Assembly: GCA_016235665.1 (NCBI GenBank)
Contig: JACRJI010000013.1
Location: forward strand, 143,095 to 207,094
Direction: 5' to 3'
Source: a candidate division TA06 bacterium
GTDB lineage: Bacteria > Edwardsbacteria > AC1 > EtOH8
DNA: 64,000 nt
The position numbers and the translations under genes are program-made. The notes beneath the pieces are model-generated. The model searched no databases, had not been told where the DNA came from, and worked only from the letters and a program-made list of their open reading frames with translations. Below, in pieces: positions 49,944 through 59,917 of this stretch; the stretch's first letter is position 1; every line of letters starts with the position of its first letter.

Positions 49944-51035
49944 ATGAAGCCTCAAGCCAGGCCCAACATCCAGGGTATCAGCCCATACATCCCGGGCAAG
50001 CCCATCGAAGAAGTGCGCCGGGAGCTGGGCATAAGGGGTCAGATCATCAAGCTGGCCTCCAACGAAAACCCGCTGGGGCCTTCGCCCAAGGCGGTCAAAG
50101 CCCTGCGCAAATCGCTTAAGGAGATCAACCTTTATCCCGATGACGGGTGCTTTGCCTTGAGCAAGAGGCTGGCCTCCCATCTGGGAGTCAACGAGGACCA
50201 GCTGATCTTCGGCAACGGCTCGGTGGATGTGATAGAGTTCATCACCAAGACCTTCGTGGCTCCCGGCGACCATGTGGTCATCGCCGAGGGGGCTTTCATC
50301 ATGTACAAGATAGCGGCCAAGATGGCCGACGCCAGGCCCTCGCTGATACCCCTGAAAAATTACCTCCACGACCTGGACGCCATGGCGGCGGCCGTCACCC
50401 CCCAGACCAAGGTGGTCTACATCGCCAACCCCAACAATCCCACCGGCACCATGCTGACCGAAGCCCAGGTCAAGGCCTTCATGAAGAAGATCCCGGAGAG
50501 CTGCGTGGTGGTGTTCGACGAAGCCTATTCCGAATACATCGACCGGCCAGATTTTCCCGATACCATCAAACTGCTCAAGGACTGGCCCAACGCCATAGTG
50601 CTCCACACCTTTTCCAAGATCTACGGCCTGGCCGGATTGAGGGTGGGCTACGGGGTGGGAAGCCCCGAGCTGATCGCCCAGATCCGCAAGGTGCGCCTGC
50701 CTTTCAACATCAGCCTAAGCGGGCAGGTGGCCTGCCTGGCGGCTTTGGACGATGCCAAACATCTGGCCAAAAGCAAGAAGCTCAACACCGAGGGCAAAGA
50801 ATATCTGTACAAACAATTACAGGTCTTAGGGGTTTCCTATGTTCCGTCAGAAGGGAACTTCATCCTGATAGACCCCAAGACGGACTCCATGCCGGTCTTT
50901 ACCGCCCTGCAGAAACTGGGGGTCATCGTCCGGCCGGTCAAGAACTACGGATACCAGACCGAACTGCGGGTGACCATCGGCACCGCCCGGCAGAACCGGA
51001 AGCTGATAGGGGCGTTGAAGAAGGTGCTGAAATAG
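49944..51035 (+). CDS. hisC: histidinol-phosphate aminotransferase
   Basis: KLASNENPLGPSP motif. PLP lysine context (TFSKIYGLAGLRVGY). Confidence 0.85.
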   Translation: MKPQARPNIQGISPYIPGKPIEEVRRELGIRGQIIKLASNENPLGPSPKAVKALRKSLKEINLYPDDGCFALSKRLASHLGVNEDQLIFGNGSVDVIEFITKTFVAPGDHVVIAEGAFIMYKIAAKMADARPSLIPLKNYLHDLDAMAAAVTPQTKVVYIANPNNPTGTMLTEAQVKAFMKKIPESCVVVFDEAYSEYIDRPDFPDTIKLLKDWPNAIVLHTFSKIYGLAGLRVGYGVGSPELIAQIRKVRLPFNISLSGQVACLAALDDAKHLAKSKKLNTEGKEYLYKQLQVLGVSYVPSEGNFILIDPKTDSMPVFTALQKLGVIVRPVKNYGYQTELRVTIGTARQNRKLIGALKKVLK

Positions 51036-51187
51036 GGTCTTTTCAATCAACCGGCGACAATCAGAAGTGTTCCATTGGCGGTACCCAGTATCCACTAGTC
51101 AGTAATCTATAACCGGTGAATACTGGATAGTGAATAGTGGATAGTGTATAGTCAAAACGACTTTATAATCTGTAACAAGCAATTCAG

Positions 51188-51874
51188 TTGATGTCTCGCA
51201 AACCGGTGATAGCCATAGACGGCCCGGAGGCCACCGGCAAAAGTAAAACCGACAGGATGGTTGCCCAGAAGCTGGGGTACCTGTACATCGACACCGGGGC
51301 CATGTACAGGGCAGCCGGTTTAAAGGCCCTGCGTCTGGGGATCTCATTCAGCGACCGGGAAGCCATAGCCAAAATGATGGAACAGACGGACATCAGCCAG
51401 GAGGTCACTTCCAACGGCCCGGCCACTTTTCTGGACGGGGTTGATGTCAGCGGGCTGATCCGCAGCCCGGAGGTCTCCCAGGCCGCCTCGGACATATCGG
51501 CCATCACTTCGGTCCGCCAAAGGCTGGTGGCGCTGCAGCAGCGGATGGGCCGGGCGGGCGGGGTGGTGATGGAGGGCCGGGACATAACCACGGTGGTCTT
51601 TCCCACGGCCGAGGTCAAGGTCTTCATGAAGGCCTCCATCCAACAGCGGGCCTGCAGGCGCAAAGCCGAACTGGAGGCCAACGGCATGACCATGGACCTG
51701 AAAGAACTGGAGAAGCAGATAGAGAACCGCGACCGGCAGGACAGCCAGAGGGACGACAGCCCCCTGACCTGCACCCGGGATTCATTGGTAATAGATACTT
51801 CAACCCTGACCATAGACCAGCAGGTGGAGATGGTGATGGCCCGGGCGGAAAAGATACAAAAGGAGCAGGCATGA
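51188..51874 (+). CDS. cmk: cytidylate kinase
   Basis: IAIDGPEATGKS P-loop, GAMYRA motif. Confidence 0.85.
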   Translation: MMSRKPVIAIDGPEATGKSKTDRMVAQKLGYLYIDTGAMYRAAGLKALRLGISFSDREAIAKMMEQTDISQEVTSNGPATFLDGVDVSGLIRSPEVSQAASDISAITSVRQRLVALQQRMGRAGGVVMEGRDITTVVFPTAEVKVFMKASIQQRACRRKAELEANGMTMDLKELEKQIENRDRQDSQRDDSPLTCTRDSLVIDTSTLTIDQQVEMVMARAEKIQKEQA

Positions 51875-52509
51875 TCTGGGAAAGCCGGGCCTTCAATTCC
51901 CGGGCATACCGGCTGACCTGGCACTGCCTGAACATCATTTTCAGCGCGCTTTTCCGGTGGAAGGTGGAGGGCCGGGAGAACATCCCCCGGCAGGGACCCC
52001 TGATCATCGCTTCCAACCACATCGCCCTGATCGACCCGCCGTACGTGGGGGCCTGTGTGCCCAGGGAGATCGCCTTCATGGCCAAGAAGGAGCTGTTCGT
52101 CTTTCCCCCATTAAGGGCGTTGATCACCAGCCATAACGCCTTTCCCATCAGGCGGGGCGGCTGGGATTCCCAGGTATTCAGGCTGCTGAAGGAAAAACTT
52201 GATCAGGGCCTGGCGGTGCTGGTCTTTCCCGAAGGCACCCGCAGTCGGACCGATGAATTTTTGGAACCAAAACCGGGCATAGGGCTTCTGGTCAGGCAGC
52301 AGCTGGTCCCGGTGGTTCCCTGTTTCATCCGGGGTACCAACCTGGGATGGAGGGACCTGCTTTCCGGAAAACATCAGCTGACGACCAAATTCGGCCGTCC
52401 GATAACCCCGGCCGAGATAGAAGCGTTCCCCTCCGACAAGGAAGGGTACATCGGCCTGAGCTGCCTGATCATGCAGAGGATAGCCGAGCTGAAGGAAAGT
52501 TCCCGATGA
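51871..52509 (+). CDS. plsC: 1-acyl-sn-glycerol-3-phosphate acyltransferase
   Basis: NHxxxxD (SNHIALID) and FPEGTRS acyltransferase motifs. 4-nt overlap with cmk. Confidence 0.8.
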   Translation: MIWESRAFNSRAYRLTWHCLNIIFSALFRWKVEGRENIPRQGPLIIASNHIALIDPPYVGACVPREIAFMAKKELFVFPPLRALITSHNAFPIRRGGWDSQVFRLLKEKLDQGLAVLVFPEGTRSRTDEFLEPKPGIGLLVRQQLVPVVPCFIRGTNLGWRDLLSGKHQLTTKFGRPITPAEIEAFPSDKEGYIGLSCLIMQRIAELKESSR

Positions 52510-53336
52510 AGATAAAAGTGGCCCAAAGCGCCGGGTTCTGCTTCGGGGTGAAACGGGCGGTGAACCTGGCTTTTGAGATAGCCAAGAAATCTAAAACGCC
52601 GGTATATACCCTGGGACCCATCATTCACAATCCCCAGGTGGTGGCCCAGCTGGAGGCCTGCGGGGTCAAGGCGGTCAGCAGCCCATCCAGAATCAAAAAG
52701 GGCACGGTCATCATCCGCTCCCACGGGGTGCACCCCAAGGTCATGGCCGGCCTCAGGAAAAAAGGGATCAGGATCGTGGACGCCACCTGCCCCTTTGTGA
52801 CCAAGGCCCAGAAAGCCGCGGCCCTGCTTAAATCCGAAGGACGCCAGGTGGTGATAGTGGGAGAGGCCGAGCATCCCGAGGTGGTGGCCTTAAAGGGGTA
52901 TGCCGGCCCCAACTCGGTGGTCTACAACCACAACGATTTCAAGGTCCAGAAGAAACTGGGGGTGCTGGCCCAGACCACGCTTTCGGCCGGGGATTTTATA
53001 GAGGCCCTGATATCTTTCGGGAGGAAGGCCGAAGACATCCACATCGTCAACACCATCTGTCAGGCTACCAAAGTGCGGCAGCAGGATACCATGAGGCTGG
53101 CCAAGGATTCCGACGTGATGATCGTGGTGGGCGGACGCAACTCGGCCAACACTTCGCGCCTGCTGGAACTCTGCCGTAAAGTGGGCCGTCCGGCTTATCA
53201 TGTGGAAACAGAACGGGAGCTGAAGGCCAAATGGTTCCAAAACTGCTCCAAGGCCGGGGTCACGGCCGGGGCGTCCACTCCGGACAGCATGGTCAAAAAA
53301 GTTGTGGACCGGATCAAGGAACTTAAATCTAAATAA
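52506..53336 (+). CDS. ispH: 4-hydroxy-3-methylbut-2-enyl diphosphate reductase
   Basis: MKIKVAQSAGFCFGVKRAV N-terminus and three conserved Cys. ATGA overlap with plsC. Confidence 0.85.
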   Translation: MKIKVAQSAGFCFGVKRAVNLAFEIAKKSKTPVYTLGPIIHNPQVVAQLEACGVKAVSSPSRIKKGTVIIRSHGVHPKVMAGLRKKGIRIVDATCPFVTKAQKAAALLKSEGRQVVIVGEAEHPEVVALKGYAGPNSVVYNHNDFKVQKKLGVLAQTTLSAGDFIEALISFGRKAEDIHIVNTICQATKVRQQDTMRLAKDSDVMIVVGGRNSANTSRLLELCRKVGRPAYHVETERELKAKWFQNCSKAGVTAGASTPDSMVKKVVDRIKELKSK

Positions 53337-53438
53337 GGTACAGCGTAAAGCTCACAGCTTAGAGCGGTTTTACAGAAAAAATGGCAAGGCTGGCATTAGT
53401 CGGCCTATTTTATACCGAAAGGAGTTTTAATAAAACTC

Positions 53439-55151
53439 ATGGCAAAAACCAAACAACCAAGCGAGGAGCTTCTGTCACAGGACCACCTGCTGGAGCAGGA
53501 TGATCAGGAGGGTTCGGGCGAGTTCCGGAAACTGCTGGAGGAATTCACCAGCAACAGGAAATTCGAGGAGGGCGAGATCGTCACCGGCACCGTCCTGCGG
53601 ATCTCCGGGGAATCGGTGATCGTGGACGTCGGGTTCAAATCCGAGGGGATCGTCCCGGTGGTGGAATTTTTGGACCGGACCGCCATCGAGATCGGAAAAA
53701 AGGTAGACCTGCTGTTGGAGCAGGTGGAGGACCAGGACGGGCAGATCGTGCTGTCCAAGATCAAGGCCGACTTCATCAAGGTCTGGGACAAGGTCCAGAA
53801 ATCCCTGGACAGCGAGGTGGTGGTGGACGGCAAAGTGCTGCGCAAGGTCAAGGGCGGATTGATCATCGACCTGATGGGCGTGGACGCCTTCCTGCCGGGC
53901 TCCCAGATCGGCCTCCGGCCGCTGGAGACCATCGACAGCCTGCTGGGGCAGACCATTCCCTTGAAGATCATCAAGATCAACAAAAAGAAGCGCAACATAG
54001 TGGTCTCGCGCCGGGTGGTGCTGGACGCCGACCGCGACAAGCAGCGGGCGGTGATCCTGGCCGAGATAGACAAGGGACAGGTGCGCGAGGGCATCGCCAA
54101 GAACATCACCGATTTCGGGGTGTTCGTGGACCTGGGCGGCCTGGACGGCCTGCTCCATATCACCGACATGTCGTGGGGCCGGATCAGCCATCCTTCGGAA
54201 CTGGTCCAGATCGGCCAAAAGGTCAAGGTCAAGATCCTGGAATACGACCGCGAAAGGTCCCGGGTCTCTCTGGGCTTGAAGCAGCTGACCACCCATCCCT
54301 GGGAGAGCATCGAGTCCAAGTTCCCGGTGGGCACCAAGATCTTCGGCAAGATCGTATCCATCACCGATTACGGCGCCTTCATAGAGCTGGAGAAGGGGGT
54401 GGAGGGACTGATCCACATCTCCGAGATGTCCTGGACCCGCCAGGTGAAGCATCCTTCCAAGATAGTCTCCATCGGGGACTCGGTGGAAGCGATGGTGCTG
54501 AAGATAGACAAGGCCGAGCAGAAGATATCGCTGGGCCTGCGCCAGCTGGGGCCGGATCCCTGGACCAGCATCGAGGCCAAGTATCCAATAGGGGCCAAGG
54601 CGGTGGGCAAGGTCCGCAACATCACCAACTTCGGCATCTTTGTGGAGCTGGAGGACGGGATCGACGGCCTGATCCACATCTCCGACATCTCCTGGACCAA
54701 GCGCATCAAGCACCCCGGCGATGTGGTCAAGAAGGGCGATGACGTCAACGTGGTGGTCACCAACATCGACAAGGAGAACCACCGGATATCGCTGGGCATC
54801 AAGCAGATGGAGGAGGACCCCTGGAACACGGTCGGCCAGAGCTTTACCCTGGGCCAGACGGTGCACTGCAAGGTGAACCGGCCGCTGGAGCGGGGCTTGC
54901 TGGTGGACATGGACAAGGGTTTTGAGGGCTTCGTGCCGGTCTCGGAACTGGACAAGGTAGACGAGACCAAGCTGGAAGAGACCTTCAAGGGCGGCGAGGA
55001 GATGGACCTCAAGATCATCGAGATCGACGTCAACAACCGCCGGATAGCCCTTTCCCAGAAGGCTTTGATATCGGGCCAGGAGGCCGAGGACATCAAGCCG
55101 TATCTGAAGGAAGCGCCCAAGGAAGCCCCGGGGGCCGCACAGGTTCAGTAG
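53439..55151 (+). CDS. rpsA: 30S ribosomal protein S1
   Basis: Six consecutive S1 RNA-binding repeats (G.V..I.D.G.FV). Classic cmk-plsC-ispH-rpsA context. Confidence 0.9.
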   Translation: MAKTKQPSEELLSQDHLLEQDDQEGSGEFRKLLEEFTSNRKFEEGEIVTGTVLRISGESVIVDVGFKSEGIVPVVEFLDRTAIEIGKKVDLLLEQVEDQDGQIVLSKIKADFIKVWDKVQKSLDSEVVVDGKVLRKVKGGLIIDLMGVDAFLPGSQIGLRPLETIDSLLGQTIPLKIIKINKKKRNIVVSRRVVLDADRDKQRAVILAEIDKGQVREGIAKNITDFGVFVDLGGLDGLLHITDMSWGRISHPSELVQIGQKVKVKILEYDRERSRVSLGLKQLTTHPWESIESKFPVGTKIFGKIVSITDYGAFIELEKGVEGLIHISEMSWTRQVKHPSKIVSIGDSVEAMVLKIDKAEQKISLGLRQLGPDPWTSIEAKYPIGAKAVGKVRNITNFGIFVELEDGIDGLIHISDISWTKRIKHPGDVVKKGDDVNVVVTNIDKENHRISLGIKQMEEDPWNTVGQSFTLGQTVHCKVNRPLERGLLVDMDKGFEGFVPVSELDKVDETKLEETFKGGEEMDLKIIEIDVNNRRIALSQKALISGQEAEDIKPYLKEAPKEAPGAAQVQ

Positions 55152-55193
55152 TTTTTAAGGACTTGGATCAAGGCACGGGTCTTTGATCATAAA

Positions 55194-55229
55194 GCGGGCC
55201 GGATGAAAATCCGGCCCGCTGTTGTTTAT
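55194..55229 (+). terminator. rho-independent terminator (GCGGGCCGGA-tgaaaa-TCCGGCCCGC + TGTTGTTTAT)
   Basis: Perfect 10-bp GC-rich stem followed by T-rich tract after rpsA. Confidence 0.8.
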
Positions 55230-55404
55230 AAAGCGGTGTAGTGATCTCTACCTTGTCTCTTCCCATTGAGGAAAGAGGTATTTGTTTTTGGTTGAATTGG
55301 CAAGTGACTACTTTATTGTTGACTTATGTTTCCATTTAGTTGTATCATTTATGATCAATCACCAAACTTAATAATTGTCAGAATCCCAATAAAGGAATAA
55401 CCTG

Positions 55405-56034
55405 ATGACCAGATCTGTTATAATGTTTACATTGTTACTTGGTATCTATAGTATATCGAATGGAGATACGCTGGACGTTAAAACGCCCGGAAAATTTAAT
55501 GGAAGGTATCATATATCGTTTGGTCTTGTTAATTATTACACTGCCAATGTATTTACATTTCCAAACAACCTGGATAGTACAAGAAACGATAGTTTTAACA
55601 GCTTTGATTGTAAAGGATTGTCAGTTTGCCTTAGATATACACTCAACAAAAATGTTGATTTTACTGCCGAATACTGGAGGTGGACTGGAATGTCCGGGAA
55701 ACCTTATGCAAGAGATTTAATATATCCTAAAGTGGATGGGTTTGGTTTGGGGATACAACATAATATTAATGAATTCTGTGACCTATTTGATCCCATTATC
55801 AAAGCCAATATCAATTATTATCGCGAAACAATTGATCAATATACAGATAGTACGGGTTCTATGAATCTGTTTTCAGAGTATACTTTTGGTTTTTGTGCAG
55901 TCATTGGTAGTGATTGGAAAATATCAAAACACTTCTCAATACCAGGTACTATAGGATATCACTTTATAAAAGGGAATAAAGATTTTTCTGGATTGGATTT
56001 TAATTTTGGAGTAAGCTATAACTTTGGGAAATAA
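55405..56034 (+). CDS. AT-rich hypothetical secreted protein, probable small outer-membrane beta-barrel
   Basis: Signal peptide, alternating hydrophobic/hydrophilic beta-strand pattern, aromatic-rich C-terminus (GVSYNFGK). GC much lower than neighbours. Confidence 0.5.
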   Translation: MTRSVIMFTLLLGIYSISNGDTLDVKTPGKFNGRYHISFGLVNYYTANVFTFPNNLDSTRNDSFNSFDCKGLSVCLRYTLNKNVDFTAEYWRWTGMSGKPYARDLIYPKVDGFGLGIQHNINEFCDLFDPIIKANINYYRETIDQYTDSTGSMNLFSEYTFGFCAVIGSDWKISKHFSIPGTIGYHFIKGNKDFSGLDFNFGVSYNFGK

Positions 56035-56133
56035 CCAATAAATTCAAAGTAGTTTTTGTGAAAAAAGCTAAAGAAGAAACAACGGAGATAGTTTTTGTGA
56101 TGGCGAGGGAATTGGTTTCATAAAAAGCAAACA

Positions 56134-56166
56134 GGCCCCGATGACTATTTATCGGGGCTTTTCATT
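56134..56166 (+). terminator. rho-independent terminator (CCCCGAT-gactattt-ATCGGGG + CTTTTCATT)
   Basis: 7-bp GC stem plus T-tract after the AT-rich OMP-like gene. Confidence 0.65.
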
Positions 56167-56173
56167 AATTTGC

Positions 56174-56202
56174 TTGACAAGCAGGCTCAGACATAATATC
56201 AT
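56174..56202 (+). promoter_or_regulatory. sigma-70-like promoter TTGACA-17-TATCAT upstream of cdsA
   Basis: Consensus -35, 17-nt spacer, near-consensus -10. Confidence 0.45.
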
Positions 56203-56311
56203 TTAACAGTACTAACCATTCAACAACAAAAGGCACAAAGCATGCCCTGAGCCAGCCGAAGGGAACACAAAATATTTAGTGCCGATCAACGACAAATATT
56301 CAGGCATTGCA

Positions 56312-57175
56312 ATGGAACAAACAAATAAACAAGAGTTCAGACCCAAGGATCGAAGCGCAAAAAATATATTCTCCGGTCTGGGATTAAGGTCACTGGTGGC
56401 GGTGCTGGGCATTCCGGCCCTGCTGGCCACGGTCTACTACGGAGGCTGGTGGCTGGGAGCGGCGGTGCTGGCCCTGTCCCTGCTGGGGCTTTGGGAGTTT
56501 TACGGACTGGCCCGGGCTAAGGGAATTATACCTCTCACTGCCTGGGGCCTGGCAGGAGGGGCCCTCTTATGGCACTGTTTTATCAATCCAACTTTCATTG
56601 CCGCCGGAGCATTGACGCTTTGGCTGCTTCTTTTATTCAGCTGGATGGTGGTCAAGGGCGGGGTGGACGGATCGCTGGTCCGGGCCGGAGCGACTGTCTT
56701 TGGGGTGGTCTACGTTGCCGGACTTTTGGGACACCTGCTGTTGCTTCGCAATCTGGATGACGTCCTGGGCTTTAAGCTGGCGGTGCTGACCATGGCCCTG
56801 ATCTGGATCGGGGACACCGGGGCCTATTTCACCGGGATGGCCTTTGGCAAAAGGCCGCTGGCTTCAAAGATCAGCCCCAAGAAATCAATGGAAGGACTGG
56901 CTGGCGGAGCGTTGTTTACTTTGGCCGCGGCTTTTCTGATCGCAAGGTTTTGGATATGGGAACTGTCCGCCTGGCAGGCCCTGGTGATCGGGCTGGGGGT
57001 GGTCATCTTCGGCACTTTGGGGGATCTGTTCGAATCACTGCTCAAACGCGATGCCGGGGTCAAGGATTCCGGTAACCTGCTGCCGGGCCACGGCGGGGTG
57101 CTGGACCGCTTTGACAGCATGATGTTCGCTCTGCCGTTTGTTTACTGGTTCTGCAGGATATTTGTCCTGGGATGA
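56312..57175 (+). CDS. cdsA: phosphatidate cytidylyltransferase
   Basis: Polytopic membrane protein with the CTP_transf_1 signature (KRDAGVKDSGNLLPGHGGVLDRFDS). ATG at 56312 preferred over GTG at 56279. Confidence 0.8.
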   Translation: MEQTNKQEFRPKDRSAKNIFSGLGLRSLVAVLGIPALLATVYYGGWWLGAAVLALSLLGLWEFYGLARAKGIIPLTAWGLAGGALLWHCFINPTFIAAGALTLWLLLLFSWMVVKGGVDGSLVRAGATVFGVVYVAGLLGHLLLLRNLDDVLGFKLAVLTMALIWIGDTGAYFTGMAFGKRPLASKISPKKSMEGLAGGALFTLAAAFLIARFWIWELSAWQALVIGLGVVIFGTLGDLFESLLKRDAGVKDSGNLLPGHGGVLDRFDSMMFALPFVYWFCRIFVLG

Positions 57176-57288
57176 AGCGGGGATACAATGCCACAGAGGT
57201 ACGGAGACACAGAGGCTTTATAAAACGGACATTTGAATATTTTGTATCGTTTAGAATTTTGAAATTAGTAATTAGATTTTGATAAAAA

Positions 57289-58869
57289 ATGCCCTCAACA
57301 GATTTCCTGATAATCGGTTCCGGCATAGCCGGGCTGACCTTCGCTCTAAAAGTCGCCGATCACGGCCGGGTGGTGATCGTCACCAAAAAGGACGACACCG
57401 AGTCCAACACCAACTATGCCCAGGGCGGCATAGCCGCTGTGTTCGGCCAGGATGACAGCTCCTCCAGCCATGTCAAGGATACCCTTGAGGCCGGGGCCGG
57501 GCTTTCCCACCCGGAAGCGGTTCAGGCCATGGTCTCCGAGGGTCCGGCCCTGGTGGAAAAGCTTTCCCGGCTGGGGGTGGCCTTCACTAAAGGACAGGCC
57601 GGAGATCTGGACCTGGGGCGCGAGGGGGGACACTCCAAACGCCGGATCGTCCACGCCAAGGACTATACCGGACAGGAGGTGGAACGGGCCCTGGTGCACC
57701 AGATCCGCAGCCATCCCCACATCACCATCCTGGAGCACCATCTGGCCATAGATCTGATCATGTCCCAAAGCGGCGGGGAAGAGGCCTGCCGCGGTGCCTA
57801 CGTGCTTGAGCCAAAGACCGGAAAGATCCTGGAGTATGCAGCGGGCGTCACCCTGCTGGCGGCCGGAGGCTGCGGGCAGGCCTTTCTGCACACCACCAAC
57901 CCGGCCATCGCCACCGGGGACGGCATAGCCATGGCTTACCGGGCCGGGGCCGCCGTGGCCAACATGGAGTTCATGCAGTTTCATCCCACCACCCTGTATC
58001 AGGATTCGCTGGACGAGAACGAGAGATCGTTCTTGATCTCCGAAGCGGTGCGGGGCGAGGGCGCGGTATTGCGCGACCTGAAGGGCCGGGCCTTCATGCC
58101 GGAATATCACAAGCTGGCCGACCTGGCTCCCCGCGATGTGGTGGCCCGGGCCATAGACAGCGAGCTGAAGGCCTCCGGAGATTTCCACGTCAACCTGGAC
58201 ATTGCCCCGATAGGGCTGGAGAAGTTCCATGACCGGTTCCCCAATATCAGCCAGGGCTGCGCCCAGCGGGGCATTGATCTTTTAAAAAACCTGATCCCGG
58301 TGGTGCCGGCGGCCCACTACATGTGCGGCGGAGTGAAGACCGGCCTGGACGGACGGACCAGCATCAAAGGTTTGTATGCCGCCGGGGAGACTGCCTGCAC
58401 CGGCGTCCACGGGGCCAACCGGCTGGCCTCGAACTCCCTGCTGGAGGCGCTGGTTTTTGCCGACCGGGCGGCCACGGCCGCCGTCAGGGAAAAACCGGAA
58501 GCGTCTGCTGTTCCGGCCTGGGATTACGTCGGTTCTGTTCCCAGCCGGGAGAAGGTGGTGATCCGGCAGAACCGGCTTTCCATCCGCTGGCTGCTGTGGA
58601 ATTACGCCGGGATCGTGCGGAACGACAAAAGGCTGTGGTGGGCCAAAAACCGCCTGCAATCCATTATGGACGAGATCCACGATTATTACTGGAAGTACCA
58701 TGTCAGCCCCGACCTGGTGGAACTGCGCAACATTGCGGCCGTGGCTAAAATGATCATAGACTGCGCCATCCAGCGCAAGGAGTCGCGGGGCCTGCATTAC
58801 AACCAGGATCATACAGAACGGGATGATGTGAATTACGGGAAGGACACAGTGATAAGGATGGCGGAATGA
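57289..58869 (+). CDS. nadB: L-aspartate oxidase
   Basis: DFLIIGSGIAGL FAD fold, succinate-dehydrogenase/fumarate-reductase flavoprotein family motifs (HYMCGGV, RLASNSLLE). Confidence 0.85.
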   Translation: MPSTDFLIIGSGIAGLTFALKVADHGRVVIVTKKDDTESNTNYAQGGIAAVFGQDDSSSSHVKDTLEAGAGLSHPEAVQAMVSEGPALVEKLSRLGVAFTKGQAGDLDLGREGGHSKRRIVHAKDYTGQEVERALVHQIRSHPHITILEHHLAIDLIMSQSGGEEACRGAYVLEPKTGKILEYAAGVTLLAAGGCGQAFLHTTNPAIATGDGIAMAYRAGAAVANMEFMQFHPTTLYQDSLDENERSFLISEAVRGEGAVLRDLKGRAFMPEYHKLADLAPRDVVARAIDSELKASGDFHVNLDIAPIGLEKFHDRFPNISQGCAQRGIDLLKNLIPVVPAAHYMCGGVKTGLDGRTSIKGLYAAGETACTGVHGANRLASNSLLEALVFADRAATAAVREKPEASAVPAWDYVGSVPSREKVVIRQNRLSIRWLLWNYAGIVRNDKRLWWAKNRLQSIMDEIHDYYWKYHVSPDLVELRNIAAVAKMIIDCAIQRKESRGLHYNQDHTERDDVNYGKDTVIRMAE

Positions 58870-58969
58870 ACGCTTATGACCACAATATAACTATCTGGGC
58901 AATTCATCCAACTACGTATGCCTTAGGCTACTTCGTCGGACGCGTGAATTGCCCCAATGAGTACCACCA

Positions 58970-59848
58970 ATGACACAAAAACCCTCATATTTCTGGCCGG
59001 TGATGGCCCTGGGTGTGATAGGGATATCCTTCGGCTCCATCCTGATCAAGCTGTCCACCGCCCAGCCGCTGGCCATAGCCTTTTACAGGCTGTTGTTCTC
59101 CGGACTGCTGATGCTGCCGTTCTATTTCCACCAACCGGGGCCGAAAAGAATATCCCCGGGCGATCTGGGCTGGATCGCCCTGTCCGCCTTGTTCCTGAGC
59201 CTGCACTTCGTGACCTGGGTCTATTCCCTCAGCTTTACCTCGGTCACCAGTTCGGTGGTGCTGGTGACCATAAATCCCCTGTTCGTCAGCATCCTGGGCT
59301 GGGTCTTAATGAGGGAGAAGACCGGACCCCGGATACTGGCCGCCATCGCGGTGGTGGTGGCCGGCGGGGCCATCATCGGGGGAAGGGCGCTGGCGGCGGG
59401 CGGGATGGGAAACCTGGGCAACCTGCTGGCCCTGGCCGGGGCGCTGATGGCCTCGGGCTATCTGCTGACCGGGCGGCACCTGCGGAAGAGGCTGAGCCTG
59501 GTGACCTATACCACCATTTGTTATTCCATGACGGCAGTAATACTATTGATGGCTTCCCTGGTTGCCAAGACGCCGCTGGGCGGTTTCTCCAGGATAAATT
59601 ATCTTTACTTTGCGCTGATGGCCATCGGCCCGCAGCTGTTGGGACACAGCATTTTCAACTGGGGGCTTAAGTATCTGCCCACCCCGCGGATCGCCATGCT
59701 GATCATAGCCGAACCGGTGGGCGCGACCATTCTGGCTTTTCTGGTGCTTAAGCAGATGCCGTCAATCTTTGAGATGATAGGTGCGGTGTTCATCATGGCG
59801 GGGGTGTATATCTCGGCGCAGGAAGGTAAAGGGTCCGCAGTCGCATAA
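58970..59848 (+). CDS. EamA/DMT-family transporter
   Basis: Ten TM helices in two EamA repeats. Confidence 0.75.
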   Translation: MTQKPSYFWPVMALGVIGISFGSILIKLSTAQPLAIAFYRLLFSGLLMLPFYFHQPGPKRISPGDLGWIALSALFLSLHFVTWVYSLSFTSVTSSVVLVTINPLFVSILGWVLMREKTGPRILAAIAVVVAGGAIIGGRALAAGGMGNLGNLLALAGALMASGYLLTGRHLRKRLSLVTYTTICYSMTAVILLMASLVAKTPLGGFSRINYLYFALMAIGPQLLGHSIFNWGLKYLPTPRIAMLIIAEPVGATILAFLVLKQMPSIFEMIGAVFIMAGVYISAQEGKGSAVA

Positions 59849-59862
59849 AGTATAAGGAGTAA

Positions 59863-59899
59863 CAAAAAAGCCCTGACGATCTCTCGTCAGGGCTTTTAA
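59863..59899. terminator. bidirectional rho-independent terminator (AGCCCTGACGA-tctc-TCGTCAGGGCT flanked by A6 / T4)
   Basis: Perfect 11-bp stem between convergent eamA (+) and OMP (-) genes. Confidence 0.8.
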
Positions 59900-59917
59900 C
59901 TTGGGTCTTGGATCTAT

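Noticed and set aside
53475-54866. 463-aa minus-strand ORF antisense to rpsA
   Set aside because: Spurious antisense ORF in a highly conserved ribosomal protein gene.
57346-58230. 294-aa minus-strand ORF antisense to nadB
   Set aside because: It sits entirely within a well-supported flavoprotein gene and has a high-GC shadow-ORF composition.
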